A stretch of DNA of 63,990 bases, filler included, from Welwitschia mirabilis (taxonomy: Eukaryota): assembly GCA_051453625.1 (NCBI GenBank). It is 5 parts of one record of this genome, joined end to end, with 100 filler letters (N's around TTAATTAATTAA, not from the genome) between each part and the next. Parts side by side here need not be neighbours in the genome. Positions count along the whole stretch, not along the records: positions 17,015 to 45,271 come from JBOZIK010000001.1; positions 45,372 to 48,575 come from JBOZIK010000001.1; positions 48,676 to 61,812 come from JBOZIK010000001.1; 2 more parts are not named here. The stretch is one strand, 5' to 3'. Made by a program: the position numbers and the translations under genes. Positions 34,920 to 48,940 of this stretch are shown here, piece by piece (positions within the stretch are counted from its first letter, which is position 1; each line of letters opens with the position of its first letter). The notes under the pieces were generated by a model. The model ran no database searches. It worked only from the letters and a program-made list of their open reading frames with translations, and was not told the origin of the DNA.

Positions 34920-36930
34920 GCTATCTCCTTTAAACCTTGATGTCAAGGATTTTTTACTGATCATAAAGTATTCAAATCTACCTTTGTCTAATTTCTTGGT
35001 AAGAACATTTGTAAGTTCTACATGTGATGAATAGAACTGGTATGAAATCAATTCATCCTCTACTTTTACATGAATGAAATAATACCCAATGTCAATGTAT
35101 TTTGTTCATGCATGTAGAACTAGATTCTTAATTATGACAATTGCTGATTGACTATCATAGTAAACTATGATAGGATAACAAAATAGAATGTCAAACTCAA
35201 GGAACAACCATTCAAGCCACACAATTTTTTAACATGCTAGATAAATTTTGATGTACTTTTCTTGAGCTATCGAAAGTGCCATAGTTGAATTCTTCTTGCT
35301 ATATCAAGATAATAAACAACCACTAAAGAGCATTGTGTAACACATTGTGCTTTTTTTGTCATTAAGAGAACCTATCCAATCTACATCCAAAAATCCTTTC
35401 AATTGCATATTTATGTTACCAGATTCACAAAATAAACCATTATGTAATGTGCCTTTCATATATTTTAATATTCTTTTAATTTGTAATAAATATGAATGTT
35501 TAGGGACATTCATGAATTGAGAAGCAATACTACTAGCAAATTAAATATCTAGTTGAATGATAATTAAATACCTTAAACTTTCGACCATATAATGAAATTA
35601 CTGCTTATCAATTAAATGAGTATCCCTATCTCTAGTTAATTTTATATTTGTATCCATTGGAGTAGAGATTAATTTACAAGTGTGTATTTCAAATTTCTGG
35701 ATCATGTTATGTGCATATTTGGATCAGTTTGAGAAGATTCTAATCAAGAGTTGGTAAATTTTGATTCCAAGATAATAAGAGAGTAAATCAATATCAGTTA
35801 TTTTGAATTCATGTTTTATAACATCATGAAGTTATCTAACTAAAGAGTCATGTATTCCTTTAAAGTTTATGTCATCAACATAAATTAAAAATAATGTTAT
35901 ATGATTGTTGATAAGTTTTCTATATAAAGTATTTCCAAAAGAACTTTTTTTAGAAGATGTATTTCTTAAATATGTATGAAGACATGTAAACCATGCTCTC
36001 AGGGCTTGTTTTAAATGATAGTATTTTTCTAAGTCAATAAACCTAGTTTTCTTTACTTTGAATTTTGAAACCGTCTAATTGGTTAATGTATACTTCTTCT
36101 TCTAAGTAATAATTTAAAAATGCTGATTTAAAATCCATTTGCCAAAATTTCATGTGAATTTGAGATGCACGAGCTAAGAAATCTCGAACTGTTTTAAACA
36201 TGCTAATGATGAATTTGTTTATCCATAATTGATCCCACCTATTATGCATAATCCTTGATAACAAGTATTACCTTATGTCTATTGATGGTGTTATCAAGTT
36301 TGTACTTTATGCAAAGGTTCCATTTTATTCCAATAGAATTTATATCTAGAGGTAGGTTTACTAATTCCCATGTATTATTATTCTCTATTTGACTAATTTC
36401 TTCTCTTATTGTCTTAACCAAATGATCAATAGGAGTAGCATCTTTACATTTAATTAGATTGATATTAACATATTAACACACATGTTTATTTTGTGAATGT
36501 TCTCATGTGATCCATCTAAAGATGACATGTTGTTATCTTCTCTTTATCTTTCCAAATTTTCTACTTTCTTTTTAGTTTTAACTCCTATAAATAAAGTCTA
36601 AGAATATGATTAAGATAATGTGATTTTAAGATTATTGAGTCTTTTTTAAGTGTTTTTGTATTAGAAGATGTGCTATTTATTGTTTTATTTTTAGAATCAC
36701 TATTAGAATCATTGATATCATCACTTTGTATTATATTGAACTAGTTTTTTAAAAAATGCACATTACAACTTTTAATTCTTTTTCTATCACTAAATCAAAA
36801 ACACTTATATGCTTTATTAATGTAGGAGTAACTAATAAAAGTGCATACATCTAATTTAGCATTTAGTTTACCATTTCTAGGTCTAACATTTTTGACATAG
36901 CATTTTCACTAAATAAATGAAAGACTCAAT
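34920..36930 (-). mobile_element. Degenerate Ty1/copia integrase C-terminus, RT and RNase H
   Basis: QMDFKSAFLNYYLEEEVY, LKQALRAW, IYVDDI, FLDVDWIGSLNDKKST and YIDIGYYFI. A purine tract near 34925 precedes the 3' LTR remnant. Confidence 0.88.
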
Positions 36931-36982
36931 TTTTAAAATAAGAAGATCATCTTTTAATCACTAAGGGTTAGAGGAATTATGT

Positions 36983-38168
36983 CGTAATGAAAAATTATAT
37001 ATATTAAATGAGATATTTTGAGTAATTTTGTAGAACATTTGAATAGGTTTAGGTGGAGTTTTGATGATTATAAAGAATCAATGTGATGATCATAAAAACA
37101 TGTAGTTCTAGATGTATCTTAAGGTATTTCAGACAGGTTCTAATAATTAGCATTCTAAGAAGAAGTTCAATAATCTAGGAGACTAATTTTTCTCAACTAG
37201 AAAGCTCAGAAGAATGTTGTTCACATGGTTGTCAAGATGACATTTACCAGATGACAATGTATTTAGAGCTAACAATGCTGCTAACATGAGATGGGATAAA
37301 AATTGAAGAGTCATCTATTATAATATGGTGTTATCCCCATAGTCATCTGGACAATAGTTAGGATAGTATTTATTTTATGTAATAAATAAATATAATNNNN
37401 NNNNNNNNNNNNNNNNNNNNNNNNNNNNNNNNNNNNNNNNNNNNNNNNNNNNNNNNNNNNNNNNNNNNNNNNNNNNNNNNNNNNNNNNNNNNNNNNAATA
37501 TAATTTATTATCTTTATAACATGGTTACACATCCCTTTGGGTTGTTAGGGCTTCATTTCTAGAATCTTCTATGTAGAGCTATAAATCCCTCCTTGCCCTT
37601 ACTCATATGGACCATCTATTATACTAGGAATATTTTGATAGGAGATCAAAGAAAAAGAGGTCCATCCTAGCTATAGAGAGCAGTCTTCCTTAGTATTGGG
37701 CTAAGTATCTTCCATTGAGGTGCTATTGCTTTGTAAGCAAATGTTTAATCTTGAGCAATAAAAGGTTGATTTATTTACATTGAGTGTATTTATCTTATGG
37801 TTTATGTTGATTGTAATTCTGTGATATATTTAAAGTTGAGATAAATCATAAGGGCTACCTATGTGATAATAGGTTGAAATAATTAGCTTTAACACATTCA
37901 TTTCATTTCATATTGCATTTCTATAGCTATAGTATCTGCATTGACATTTATCTTGTATTGCATTTTTGCATTATTCTTATTTTAGTTACTTAATCGAAAA
38001 AGAGTAAAAACACTTTGCTAAATCACTTCTATAACTTCTAGCCTAGTGCATTTGATGAATTATGATATTCAAATTAACTCCCACTATACTAATGTATGTT
38101 TTCCTGTAAGTATTTGTAATTTATAGGGATTAGCGAAGGACTTAAAGATTGCACAAATTTGCATTACA
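36983..38168 (+). repeat. 5' LTR of an Athila-like element
   Basis: Inverted termini (c)gtaatga.. / ..tgcattaca. Followed by tttaacgcttttattggga, a decayed TTTGGCGCCGTTGCCGGGGA Athila-type PBS. Confidence 0.65.
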
Positions 38169-39049
38169 AAAGTTTAACGCTTTTATTGGGAAAGGCTACA
38201 AGGGATTGGAGGATTGTTACTGTACCAAATAAGTACCTTAGATTTCAATTCAAATTATTTATTTGAATTAGTGATGTATTTTTATTCTAGATTCCATAGG
38301 TTTATTTTTGCAATTTTTATTTTTAGTAGCCTTAATAATCTCTGTTATCTCCAAAGTCATTTAGATAATGTAAGAAAACAATAATTTGTGATTAGGGTTT
38401 TTAATTTTTTATATAATTAGGTTTTTTGTTTTTGATAGAATTAATAATTACTATCATCCCCTCTGTCATCCAGATGAGGAAAATGGATGGAAATAGCTTA
38501 TTTCTGTTTCTATTTCCACAATTTAATTTTCTCTATTTCTATAATTTATCTCTAAATAAGTGGTCATCTGATTATATCATCCAGATAATGATCAAGATGA
38601 TGGATTTCTACATAATTTCTAAGTATGCAAAGATATAATGAATTTTAATAAGAAGATGAAATATCAAAGGAAACGAGCCTAATTGAGGAGAATATCAAAT
38701 AAGGCTTATTTAACTATGAGCAAAATCTAGATATGCATGCCCCAGGTATGCAAAAAGATTAAAGAATTCCAAGAATAAAAAGAAATATTTTTATACTTTT
38801 GTTATTTCAAATCAAAATTTTTAAAAGAAGATTATAAGAATAATAGAATATAAGTGAATCATTTTATTTCTTCTTCATCAATGTCAAATTCATTGCAAAA
38901 TTTTAAGCAAGTAGCTTTACCTAGTCTACCAATTATGATGAGAACATCTAATTCAAACGTAAACATTATACTTAGAGATTTAATAGGTAATAGGAAATGT
39001 GAAGTCCAAATCCTTCTAACTTGTCTCATAGTGATGTTATAAAACTTAG

Positions 39050-42000
39050 GAATTTAAATGCCTATCCAGTATTTTTAGAAGAACCTAATGAGGACCCATT
39101 TCAGCATCTATCTAACAATAGAACAACTTGTGCTTACCTTAATAAATGGGAAGAAATGAATTAATAATAGAATATACATGATTATCTTTTCTATTACACT
39201 TAGATACAAAGCTAAATTTTGGCTTAGAATCATTTCATATAAGAATCTTAAGTTATGAAATCAAGTACAATATGCTTTTATTAAGAGATTTATGAGTGAA
39301 AGTACCATGAGGAAAAGAAGGAAGGAAGTTATCAACTTTTAACAATAATCCCATAAAGATTATTTCATAATTATGAACAACCTATTATATCTATTCATTC
39401 CAACCTTATCAATGAATTTAATAAGGAAGAGTTGATAAATTATCTTTACAATGGATTGAACAGTCAAACAAAATAATTTATAGACTTTGCTAGTGGTGGC
39501 AATATGATGAACTTAACTTTAGATGAAGCATGAAAGTTTTTGGAAGAACTAGTGGAGATAAGTCAAACTTGTCCAAAACTAATTTCTAGGGAGAATTAAA
39601 TCATAAGAAAAATCAGAAGAGATCTAAAGGAAGTAAGACATGATAAGAAGAACAAGCAATGTGATACAACTAATGTAATTAAGGATTTTAGTACTACTTT
39701 GGATAATTATACTCAGTTGATAGTTAATGCAAAAGTAGAAAATGATAGAAATGTAATTTCAACATGTGCTTTATGTCAACAAAACTCTTATTCTATAAAT
39801 AAATACCCATTATTACCAACATGTAAAGAGAAGATGTATGATAAAGTATGTGCCTTTAACTAAAGGCCTTTCAACTTTAGGAATAAATCACAATTTCAAC
39901 AAAAAATGAGTAGGCAGTCAAATTTTTAACCTTTTGAGAATAGATTTAAGAATTTAAATTTTCAATTAAGTAACTCCAACTTTTAATCAAGTACCTCAAA
40001 TTTTTAAGAAAGTTAAAGTGATTCACTTAGAGACTTAATAGAGGAATTTAAAAAAATGTAAGAAAGGACCAACACAATTATTAAAAACCAAATTAAGAAT
40101 ATTAAAAATTTAGGTAATATACTTTAACAAAAAATGTTAGCCAATTAACAACCATAAGGGTCTCTTGCATCTCAACCTTTACCAAATCCAAATGAAGTTA
40201 AAAAGGATTAAAAGGTAGTAACTAGAAGTGAAAATGATACAACATTACCTATCCATAAGGCTTCAACTTCCAAGAAACATGNNNNNNNNNNCTATAGAAG
40301 ATAAGCCTACCCCAAAAAATTCTTTATGAGAAAATAAAGGGAAGAAAATAGCTACCAATTGGCTTGGTAGACTAAACACAAATCCTTCTTATGATAAATA
40401 CTTGACATCCTTAATGCAAGATGTGGGTATTAACTTACCCTTTTGGGAACTCTTGCAAGAAAATCCTACGTATGCTAAGTTGTGGAAAGACCTAGTTAGA
40501 AGAAAATAAAAATGTACCATCCTTAGTAAGGTATTTCTTATACAATGTACCTTCAACTTAGTCATGCAAAAGTATCCTAAGTTCAAAGACTTTAGGGTAG
40601 CAACGGTTAGTATTACTTTGGAAAGTGTAAGCATCATATCCTTCACATATGCAAAAGAATTAGATTAGAAAATAGAATTAAACCTGCATGGATCATCTTA
40701 GAGTTAGCTAATACTTTGATTAAGGAAAACTTAGAGATCATTAAAGACTTGGTTAACCAAATAGAAGAAGGCTTTTGTCCCATAAGTGTGGTTATTATTA
40801 TAGTAAAACATAATAGAGATTACCCACTACTCTTAGAAAAAGCCTCTTGTGCAACCACTCACTGCATCATAGACACACAAATAAAATGCTACATAGGCAA
40901 TAAGAAGGTTACTATTAGAGTTTTTAATGCTACTAAAAAAGATATGGAAGATGAGTGAAACTTAGAAAAATAAGTTAGACCAACTTTATTTTTACAACAT
41001 CGCCTAGTTGAAGAGAGATTATTGATGCTACATGACTCAACTCTGTATGATGATTAAACTAAAATAAACATTTTAAATTCTTTCAATTTTGATGAACTCA
41101 ACTATAATTACTTAAGAACTAATAGTTTTAATTATGAGGATGAATAAGTATAACACTTAAATTGGAAAGAATTCTAACATGTGAGATCAACTAAGAATCT
41201 ATGTGATGAAGGATGTCATCCTTTCACATCATCTAGATAACACATCATGATGATTAATCAAGAATGTTAATAATAGAAAATAAGAAATATAACTTAAAAT
41301 TAAAATAATTACCTAAAGGTTTGTAGTACATCTCTCGTTCCAATAATACTAAAAAACCCCTTGGTAATAAGTGAACATCTTACCCCTTAGTAAGAATATA
41401 ACTTAGTCTTATTTTTAATTTCTAAGGCAAATGCCTTTGCTTGGACTCATAAGGATTTAGCTACCATCCCTCCTTTCATAGTTCAACATAAAATATACCT
41501 TAAAGTTAATGCTAAATTAGTTAGGTAACTCCAACAAAGACTTAACCCAATCCTTAAGTAAGTAGTTAAAGATGAAATTATTAAAATTATGGATAACAGG
41601 ATTATCCATGCCATATCCAATAGTGAGTGGATTAGCCCCTTCATGATAGTACCTAAGAAGGATGGAAAGTGGAGAATGTGTATTTACTTTAGAAACTTTA
41701 ATAATTATTTCCCTCTATCTTTTCTAGATCAAATACTTGATAGAATCCAAGGACATGTCTAAGCAAAGACAACCTTTACTTCTGTTTTTGGAATCTTTAC
41801 CTTTAGAAGAATGTCCTTTGGACTTTGTAATGCTTCTATAATTTTTTAATTACTATGATGGATATCTTTTCTAGCATAATAGAAGATTCCATTGAGATCT
41901 TTATGGATGACTTCTCAATCTTTAGTAAAATCTCTAAGCAAATCATCAACAAGTTAGAGAAAGTCCTAAATAGATATATAGAAAGTAGTCTACACTTAAG

Positions 42001-43725
42001 TTGGGAGAAAAGTTTCTTTTTTTGTAATAGTGAAATTGTTTTAGATCATCACGTTTCTAGTGAAGGAATCATGATGAACCCCATAAAAGTAGGTATAATT
42101 TGAAACCTTAATCCTCTAACTAATGTTAAATAAGTTAGACATTTTCTTGGTTATGCTAATTTTTATCACTATTTCATTCAATATTATATCAATATTTGTA
42201 AATCCCTTTACTCGTTACTTGAAAAAGAAGCTAAGTTTTATTAGGACGATTCATGCCAACTTTCTTTTAAAACACTTAAAGATACAATTTCTTCTAAACC
42301 TATTATAACAAGACCTAATTAGACTAAAGAACTTAAACTTATGTGTAATGCTAGTAACTTTCTTGTATGTGGAGTTCTTAGTTAAAAATATGAAGAATAT
42401 TTTAAAGTCCTATCTTACCTTAGTAAAAGCTTATCTAAGGTCTTTACCACTAAGAAAGAAATTCTTAACATTATCTTTTTTCCTTGATACCTTTAGACAT
42501 TATCTTCTTGGCTTTCATACCAATGTTTACATAGATCATCTAGCTATAAGTTACCTTATGACCAAGAAAGATTCTAGTGCCAAACTTATTAGGTGGATCC
42601 TTCTCATGTAATAATTCAATCTTACCATTATCAACAAGGCTAGATAACATAATATTATTGTAAATCACATATCTTAAATCTCTTTTTCTCATGATGGAAT
42701 TTCCATAAATGACTCTTTTTTGGATGAATAACTATTTGTTATTGAACAACTTTATGTCATCTCTTCTACTCATCCCACTTCTTAGTATGCTGGCATTATG
42801 AACTACTTACCATGAAAACACCTCAGCATTAGAATCATAACTAATAAAAATCTTTTTTCATAGAATTAGTGATTATGAGTGGAATAAACCCCATCTTTAC
42901 AAAAGATCCAAAGACCAAATCATGTGTGAATGTATGCCTGAATGAAAACAACTAGGTATCCTTAACCTTTGCCATGGTGGGGTATGTGGGGAGCACTTTA
43001 GTGGTCAAAAGACTATAATAAAAATTCTTCACTTTGGTTTCTATTGACTTACCCTTTTCTAAGACCTCTTTGACTTTGCTAGAGGGTGTGATGCTTGTCA
43101 ACGTTATAGTATCCTAACTCATTGTTAATATATACTCACTAAACCTATGCTTGATTGTGAACCTTTTAATTATTGGGAAATTGAANNNNNNNNNNNNNNN
43201 NNNNNNNNNNNNNNNNNNNNNNNNNNNNNNNNNNNNNNNNNNNNNNNNNNNNNNNNNNNNNNNNNNNNNNNNNNNNNNNNNNNNNNNNNNNNNNNNNNNN
43301 NNNNNNNNNNNNNNNNNNNNNNNNNNNNNNNNNNNNNNNNNNNNNNNNNNNNNNNNNNNNNNNNNNNNNNNNNNNNNNNNNNNNNNNNNNNNNNNNNNNN
43401 NNNNNNNNNNNNNNNNNNNNNNNNNNNNNNNNNNCCATAGGTGAAAAGACTAAATCATGCATAAATGCATGCTAGAATTGGAAAAGCTTGACATTCTTAA
43501 CCTTTGCTATGGTGGAATATGTTGGAGGTACTTTAGTAATTAAAAAACTATAATGAAAATCCTTCATTCTGGTTTTTATCAGCCCTCCCTTTTTAAATAT
43601 TTTTTGAGCTTCACTAGAAAATGTAATGGTTGTTAATGTTATGATAGCCTAACTCACTCTCAAGATATACTCCTTAAACCTATTCTTGAATGTAAACCTT
43701 TTGATTATTAGGGGATTGAATTTAT
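39050..43725 (+). mobile_element. Degenerate Athila-like Ty3/gypsy gag-PR-RT-RH-INT
   Basis: gag EDPFQHL and DFASGGNM. RT SEWISPFMIVPKKDGKWRMCI and IFMDDFSI. RH LMCNASNF and YIDHLAISYL. INT CHGGVCGEHF and CDACQR. The integrase segment recurs at 43435-43725. Confidence 0.9.
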
Positions 43726-43726
43726 G

Positions 43727-44997
43727 ATGTTAAGTTAATATTTGTCAAGTTGATGTCAGACTAATATTTTTTATTTAAAAAAACATGTTATATCTTGTGT
43801 AGAAAATATTAATCCTTGTAGGTCAGAAGCTAACATATTTTATTTTAAATAAAACCAGAACCTGATAGTTTTAATACCCTAAACTAAATTCCTAAGGAGC
43901 CGACCAAACTTAAATTAAAAACTATTACAAACTAATTATAGAGGGGTCAAGTAGATTTTAAAGGGGTCAACTAGACCTAAGCATTAAATATTTCATAGCT
44001 AATCATTAAGGAACTAATCAAATTTCAAAGGGGTTAACTAGATCTAGAGTGAAAATTTTTCATCCTTTATCAGTAAGAAGTCGACCAAACTTTTAAGGTC
44101 TCGATTAGACCCAGGCTATAAAATAGTTTTGCAATTTTTCTTGGACATGGGATCAATCAAATGAATATGAAGTCACCCAGATCCTGAGGGATTGACCAGA
44201 CATTAAGCTATAAGAAACAAGGGTCGACTACAAAAAGATGAGGGTGGCTAACTTCAATAATGGCACCAGATGGGTTCAACAGGGTATTTCGAGGAGTTGA
44301 TTAATTGTGATATACATAATATTTTTATAGCTATTAGGGCACTCGTTTTTTATTCATTAAAGAGTCTTTTCACTTATAAAAATCCTAGAAAGCTTATCTT
44401 ATATATTTGATAAGAGTCAAAATCATTTTATAACACTTTTAAATTATTTGTAAAATCATTATAGAACTCGTTAGCACCCTGTCTATCTAATCAAAGATAA
44501 AAAAAGAGCTATTGTTATCATTTGTACTTGGTTAAATCAGTTGCATTGTATGTTTGTAGATTGTACTATCTTATTAAGTTTCATAGTAACATCTTTTTTG
44601 AGCTAGATGTTTTTTGGAACTTGTGAATTATGACATATCATTATCATCACTTTGCATTATTGCTAAAGGTTGAGCTTGAGCCTTAGAAAAGTCCAATTGT
44701 AAAGGTTACAAGTAAACTTGGAATATCTAGAAAGAGATTAACAAAAATCTGGATCAAGCTTGGGTAGAAGCTAATCACTGAGAGCGGAGTATGAGGCTTT
44801 CCAAACCACTATAAATTGTGTGTATTTCTCCATTAGTATTTTTATGCTTTTAGTTCCTTATTTTTAGAATAGTTTTAGTTTTTCATTTCAACAACTATTT
44901 TATTACTTATTTCATTTGGAGATAATTTGTGAATATATTTGTTTACTTTTTTAAATCCTATTAATTCTCCCCCTCCTATAGCATTCTCGATCCTTCA
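43727..44997 (+). repeat. Sirevirus-like solo LTR
   Basis: TG..CA ends, repeated gggtc(g/a)actag motifs, and U5 ATTCTCCCCCTCC shortly before the terminal CA. No PBS follows. Confidence 0.6.
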
Positions 44998-45371
44998 ATC
45001 TTAAGTTAAGTTATTACTCCTAATAGAAGGATGCTTCATTACCCATGAAAATGGTACTAATTTTCTGATCATTTAATTTTTTAGGAATTATGCCTATTTT
45101 ACAACTAAACCTTAACAAAAAAAGACTAGAAGAAACTTAGTGACTCATATTTATTTCATAAGGATGTTTTAAAAGAATGTATTAGCATTTGAACTTAGTA
45201 TTCAAACTTATTCAAGGATAATTTTTGGATACAAGCTAATAAAATTCCTAAAAAAACACATGGCTTAATCTNNNNNNNNNNNNNNNNNNNNNNNNNNNNN
45301 NNNNNNNNNNNNNNNTTAATTAATTAANNNNNNNNNNNNNNNNNNNNNNNNNNNNNNNNNNNNNNNNNNNN

Positions 45372-47027
45372 TTAGAGTCTGAGGATCTATACCTTGATAT
45401 CAAAGAATTTGAGTGTGTCCTATTAACTATTCATCAATATCCAAACACTCACAATGCCCTTAGGTTCATCTTATTTTTGTTTACTTTGAAAAAAATGGTG
45501 AAATCATGGTTGTACACTCTTAAACCCTTTTCTATAAGATCTTGAGTCAACCTTCATAAATCTTTCATAACAAAATTCTATCCTAATTATAAAATGAATT
45601 CCTTAGGGAAAGAAATTATGAATTACCAACAAAAGGAATGTAAAACATTCATCCAAGCTTTTAGAGAGATTTAAAGACCTACAAAAATGTTCCCAATATG
45701 GTTTTGAGCAGGGAAGGAAAATAATCTTTTTCTATGATAGTTTATCTACCAATAACCACCAATAGTTGAGATGATAAGTCGAGGAAACCTTTTTAGTATG
45801 CCTTTAGATGAAGTTTGGGAATACCTTAAGAGTGTAATGGAAAGTTACAAAAATTGGGAGACGCCAACAAGACCATCTAGATCTCATCATCCCATTAAAT
45901 TGACAAGTGTTTTTAAGGTCTATAAAAATATTCAAAGTAAATAACAAGATAAATGAACTATCTCAAAGAGTAGAATCATTAATTACTTCGCCTTCACCTT
46001 CATCTATGGTCACTAAGCCAAAATGTCTTATTTGCCACATTGATATCCATAAAACAAACAAGTATCCCTCCATTCCTTTATTTTAAAACACTATTAATGA
46101 ATAAGTTAATGCAGTAGGGCATCAATGGTAAGACACGAAAAACGACCCATATTCTAACACATATAACCCCAGGTAAAGGAATCACCTCAACTCTTCTTGA
46201 AAGCAAGACAATCAAACTAATCAACCAAATAACCTATTTCCTTAATCCTCATCTTATCCATTTCAATCCAACTACTAGAAACCATCTACCTCTATACTGT
46301 TTGAGGAATTAGTAAATAAGTTCATGGATAACTAAGTTCAAAATAACTGAAACCATGAATTAATCCTTAACCGACATTCCTCTTCATTAATCAAACTCAA
46401 GTAAAATAGTTAATCCATTTCATAAATCCTCTAATTAGTATAATAAACCTAAATGAAGATTCTCTCTACATTGAAATACAGAAATTAAGGAAAACTCCAA
46501 ATGAGTGCCCAACCATATACCAAGAAAGTTATTTTTATCAAAGAAGGGTCAAACCACTTAGAACAAATCAAAGTAATTCACCTTCGAACCAGCATAGAGA
46601 TTAATCAAGGGTTAATACAAAGTAAATCTAAAGATAAGGGGAAAGCATGAAACAAAAAAGAAAAAACAAGCACACAACTCCCTATTAAGAACCTTTACCT
46701 TTACTCTAAGCTGTGAATAAAGAAAAGATAATAGACTTATAAGAATCTTTGCTCACATACAAAGAGCCTTTACCTTATCCCCAACATCTTAGAAAGGAGA
46801 ACATTAGAAAAAAACAACTTCATTCATTAGAAATTTTCAAAGAAATTAAGATTAAGATTCCTCTCTTAGAAATGATTAAAAATATTCCCTCCTATACAAA
46901 ATTCCTTAAAGACATGTGCATATAAAAACACACATGAATGTTAAGAGCAAAACCTTCTGAGCCTAACAAACTAATTCAATTATTCAAAAATAGTTTTCAC
47001 CTAAGTACAAAGATCCAAGTTGCTCAC
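45372..47027 (+). mobile_element. Athila-like gag, copy 1, interrupted by a copia LTR
   Basis: EDLYLDIKEF, DPYSNTYNP, LEIFKEIKIKIPLLEMIKNIPSYTKFLKDMC and KYKDPSC. Highly similar to 50233-52038. Confidence 0.88.
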
Positions 47028-48095
47028 TATTGAGAATCCATTATCATTGATTAATTTAATGAGTTTTTGTAGTTAGTCTATTGTGCAGATATTTCTCAGC
47101 ACTGGGCGATTAACCTATTAAAGAACTATGACACTGCTTCAGAATCAGGTGACTGCACATGTAACATCGGGCAACCGAATTGACACAACAAAAAGAAGAC
47201 CAGTTTAAAAATGAGTGACCGCTATCAATACATAGGTGACTGCATTACACTCAGTAAGATTCAATCTGGTAGTAGGATAGGGGATCGACTAGATTACTAA
47301 GGGTGACTGTGTTGCACTTAGTAAGATTCAATCTGATAGCAGGATGGGTGACCAACTAGATTACTAAGGATGACTGCATGACAAGCGGTAAAACCTAAAT
47401 CTAGTAAATGCAAGGGTGATTGATGGACGTGATAACGGGCAATCACATTCTGCTCAGAATCTATCCTTATAAGGTCGACCGCATAAAAATTATTAGGGCG
47501 ACCTAATGAAGGTCGACTACTTATTGACATAAGGATGACTAAATATGCATCTGTTCTATACTGAGAATCTGCGACAAGCAAGGGTGACCAAATGGTAGGA
47601 CTAAGGGGGACCGCATAGGCGGGCGACTGAGTCTCACACAAGGTCAACTATACAAAGAAAAAATGTAATCATTATGAATTCAATGTTTCATCATAATAAA
47701 TGCAACATTTTATTAAAAAGTATAACGGTTTACTTCTTCTTGTATAAACGGTTCCCTTGTATTTACTTTAGAAGAAGATATTGTTATACCTTAGAGAAAA
47801 TATCTATGCATCTATGCATCATTCTTTCTTCCATTCATTCGTGGTTGAAGATAAGTCATAAAATCCTCCGTGGTTGTAAAAGATTATTTGGTAAGCCTAA
47901 AAACCATTATTGGAAGCTAATATATGCCAGCCAAGGATGAGGAGTCTAGGAAGCTGAAGGGTGATGTCTATCCACCATTGAATATCTTGTTTTCATATTG
48001 TTGTTCTACTTGTCTTATTTGCAGGTTGTGAAGAATAAGGAAATTGTTATTAAAAGACTTATTCACCCCCTTCTAAGATTGATTCTCTACTTTCA
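47028..48095 (+). repeat. Sirevirus-like 5' LTR, copy 1
   Basis: Homologous to 52049-52869 and 60444-61612. U5 ATTCACCCCC, a CA end, and a PBS directly after. Confidence 0.9.
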
Positions 48096-48097
48096 AT

Positions 48098-48109
48098 TGG
48101 TATCAGAGC
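48098..48109 (+). promoter_or_regulatory. Primer-binding site (tRNA-iMet)
   Basis: Exact TGGTATCAGAGC 2 nt after the LTR's terminal CA. Confidence 0.92.
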
Positions 48110-48161
48110 TAGGTTGAGCAACAGATCTTAACAGATCTCTACTCCACTCATCCTTAGAAAA

Positions 48162-48940
48162 TGAGTCAACCCACTGAAGAAAATTATGTCACACAACCTC
48201 CTTTTTTGATGGAATAAATTATGGTTATTAGAAAGCAAAGATGAAAGTTTTTGTTTAATCCATTGAACTTGAAATATGGGAGTCTATTACTAATGGATAT
48301 TATCCTCCTACTGTGCAGGATCTGGTAACCAAGTTGGCTACTTCAAAGAGCAAGGACAAATTGATGCCAAATGAAAAATTAGCTACAATGTTTCAAAGGT
48401 TTAAATGCCATTTTATGTGCTATAGATCCAGAAGATTTTAAAATATTTGTGAATTGCACCACTACCAAAGAAGCATGGGACATATTAGAAACTACTCATG
48501 AAGGAATCAATCTAGTAAAGTAGGCTAAGATTCAAATGCTGATCACTCAGTTTGAAGTTCTAAAGATGGAAGATGNNNNNNNNNNNNNNNNNNNNNNNNN
48601 NNNNNNNNNNNNNNNNNNNTTAATTAATTAANNNNNNNNNNNNNNNNNNNNNNNNNNNNNNNNNNNNNNNNNNNNCCTTTTCCTCAGTTTGTGCTTTTGC
48701 TCTGTCATTTTCAAAGCTTTTGGGGAACCCTCTTCAACTTTTTCCACGTGTTTTTTCTCAAATCTAGGCTTAACATGGTATCTCCACAGCTATGAGAGGG
48801 ATCTAGAAAAAGAAGAAAGGAAACAGCTATCAAACCTCCAAGTTATGTGTTCTCCAGAATGAGAATTGAACAACTGAGGCATTTTGAAAAGCATTTTAAG
48901 ATCAGTCCAATAGCCTTGGAAAGAACCTGTGAGCCCATAT
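48162..48940 (+). mobile_element. Sirevirus-like element copy 1: gag start and, after the join, a fragment of the 3' extra-ORF region
   Basis: FDGINYGY*KAKMK..AWDILETTHEG matches 53311 onward. 48676-48940 matches 59056-59325. Confidence 0.85.
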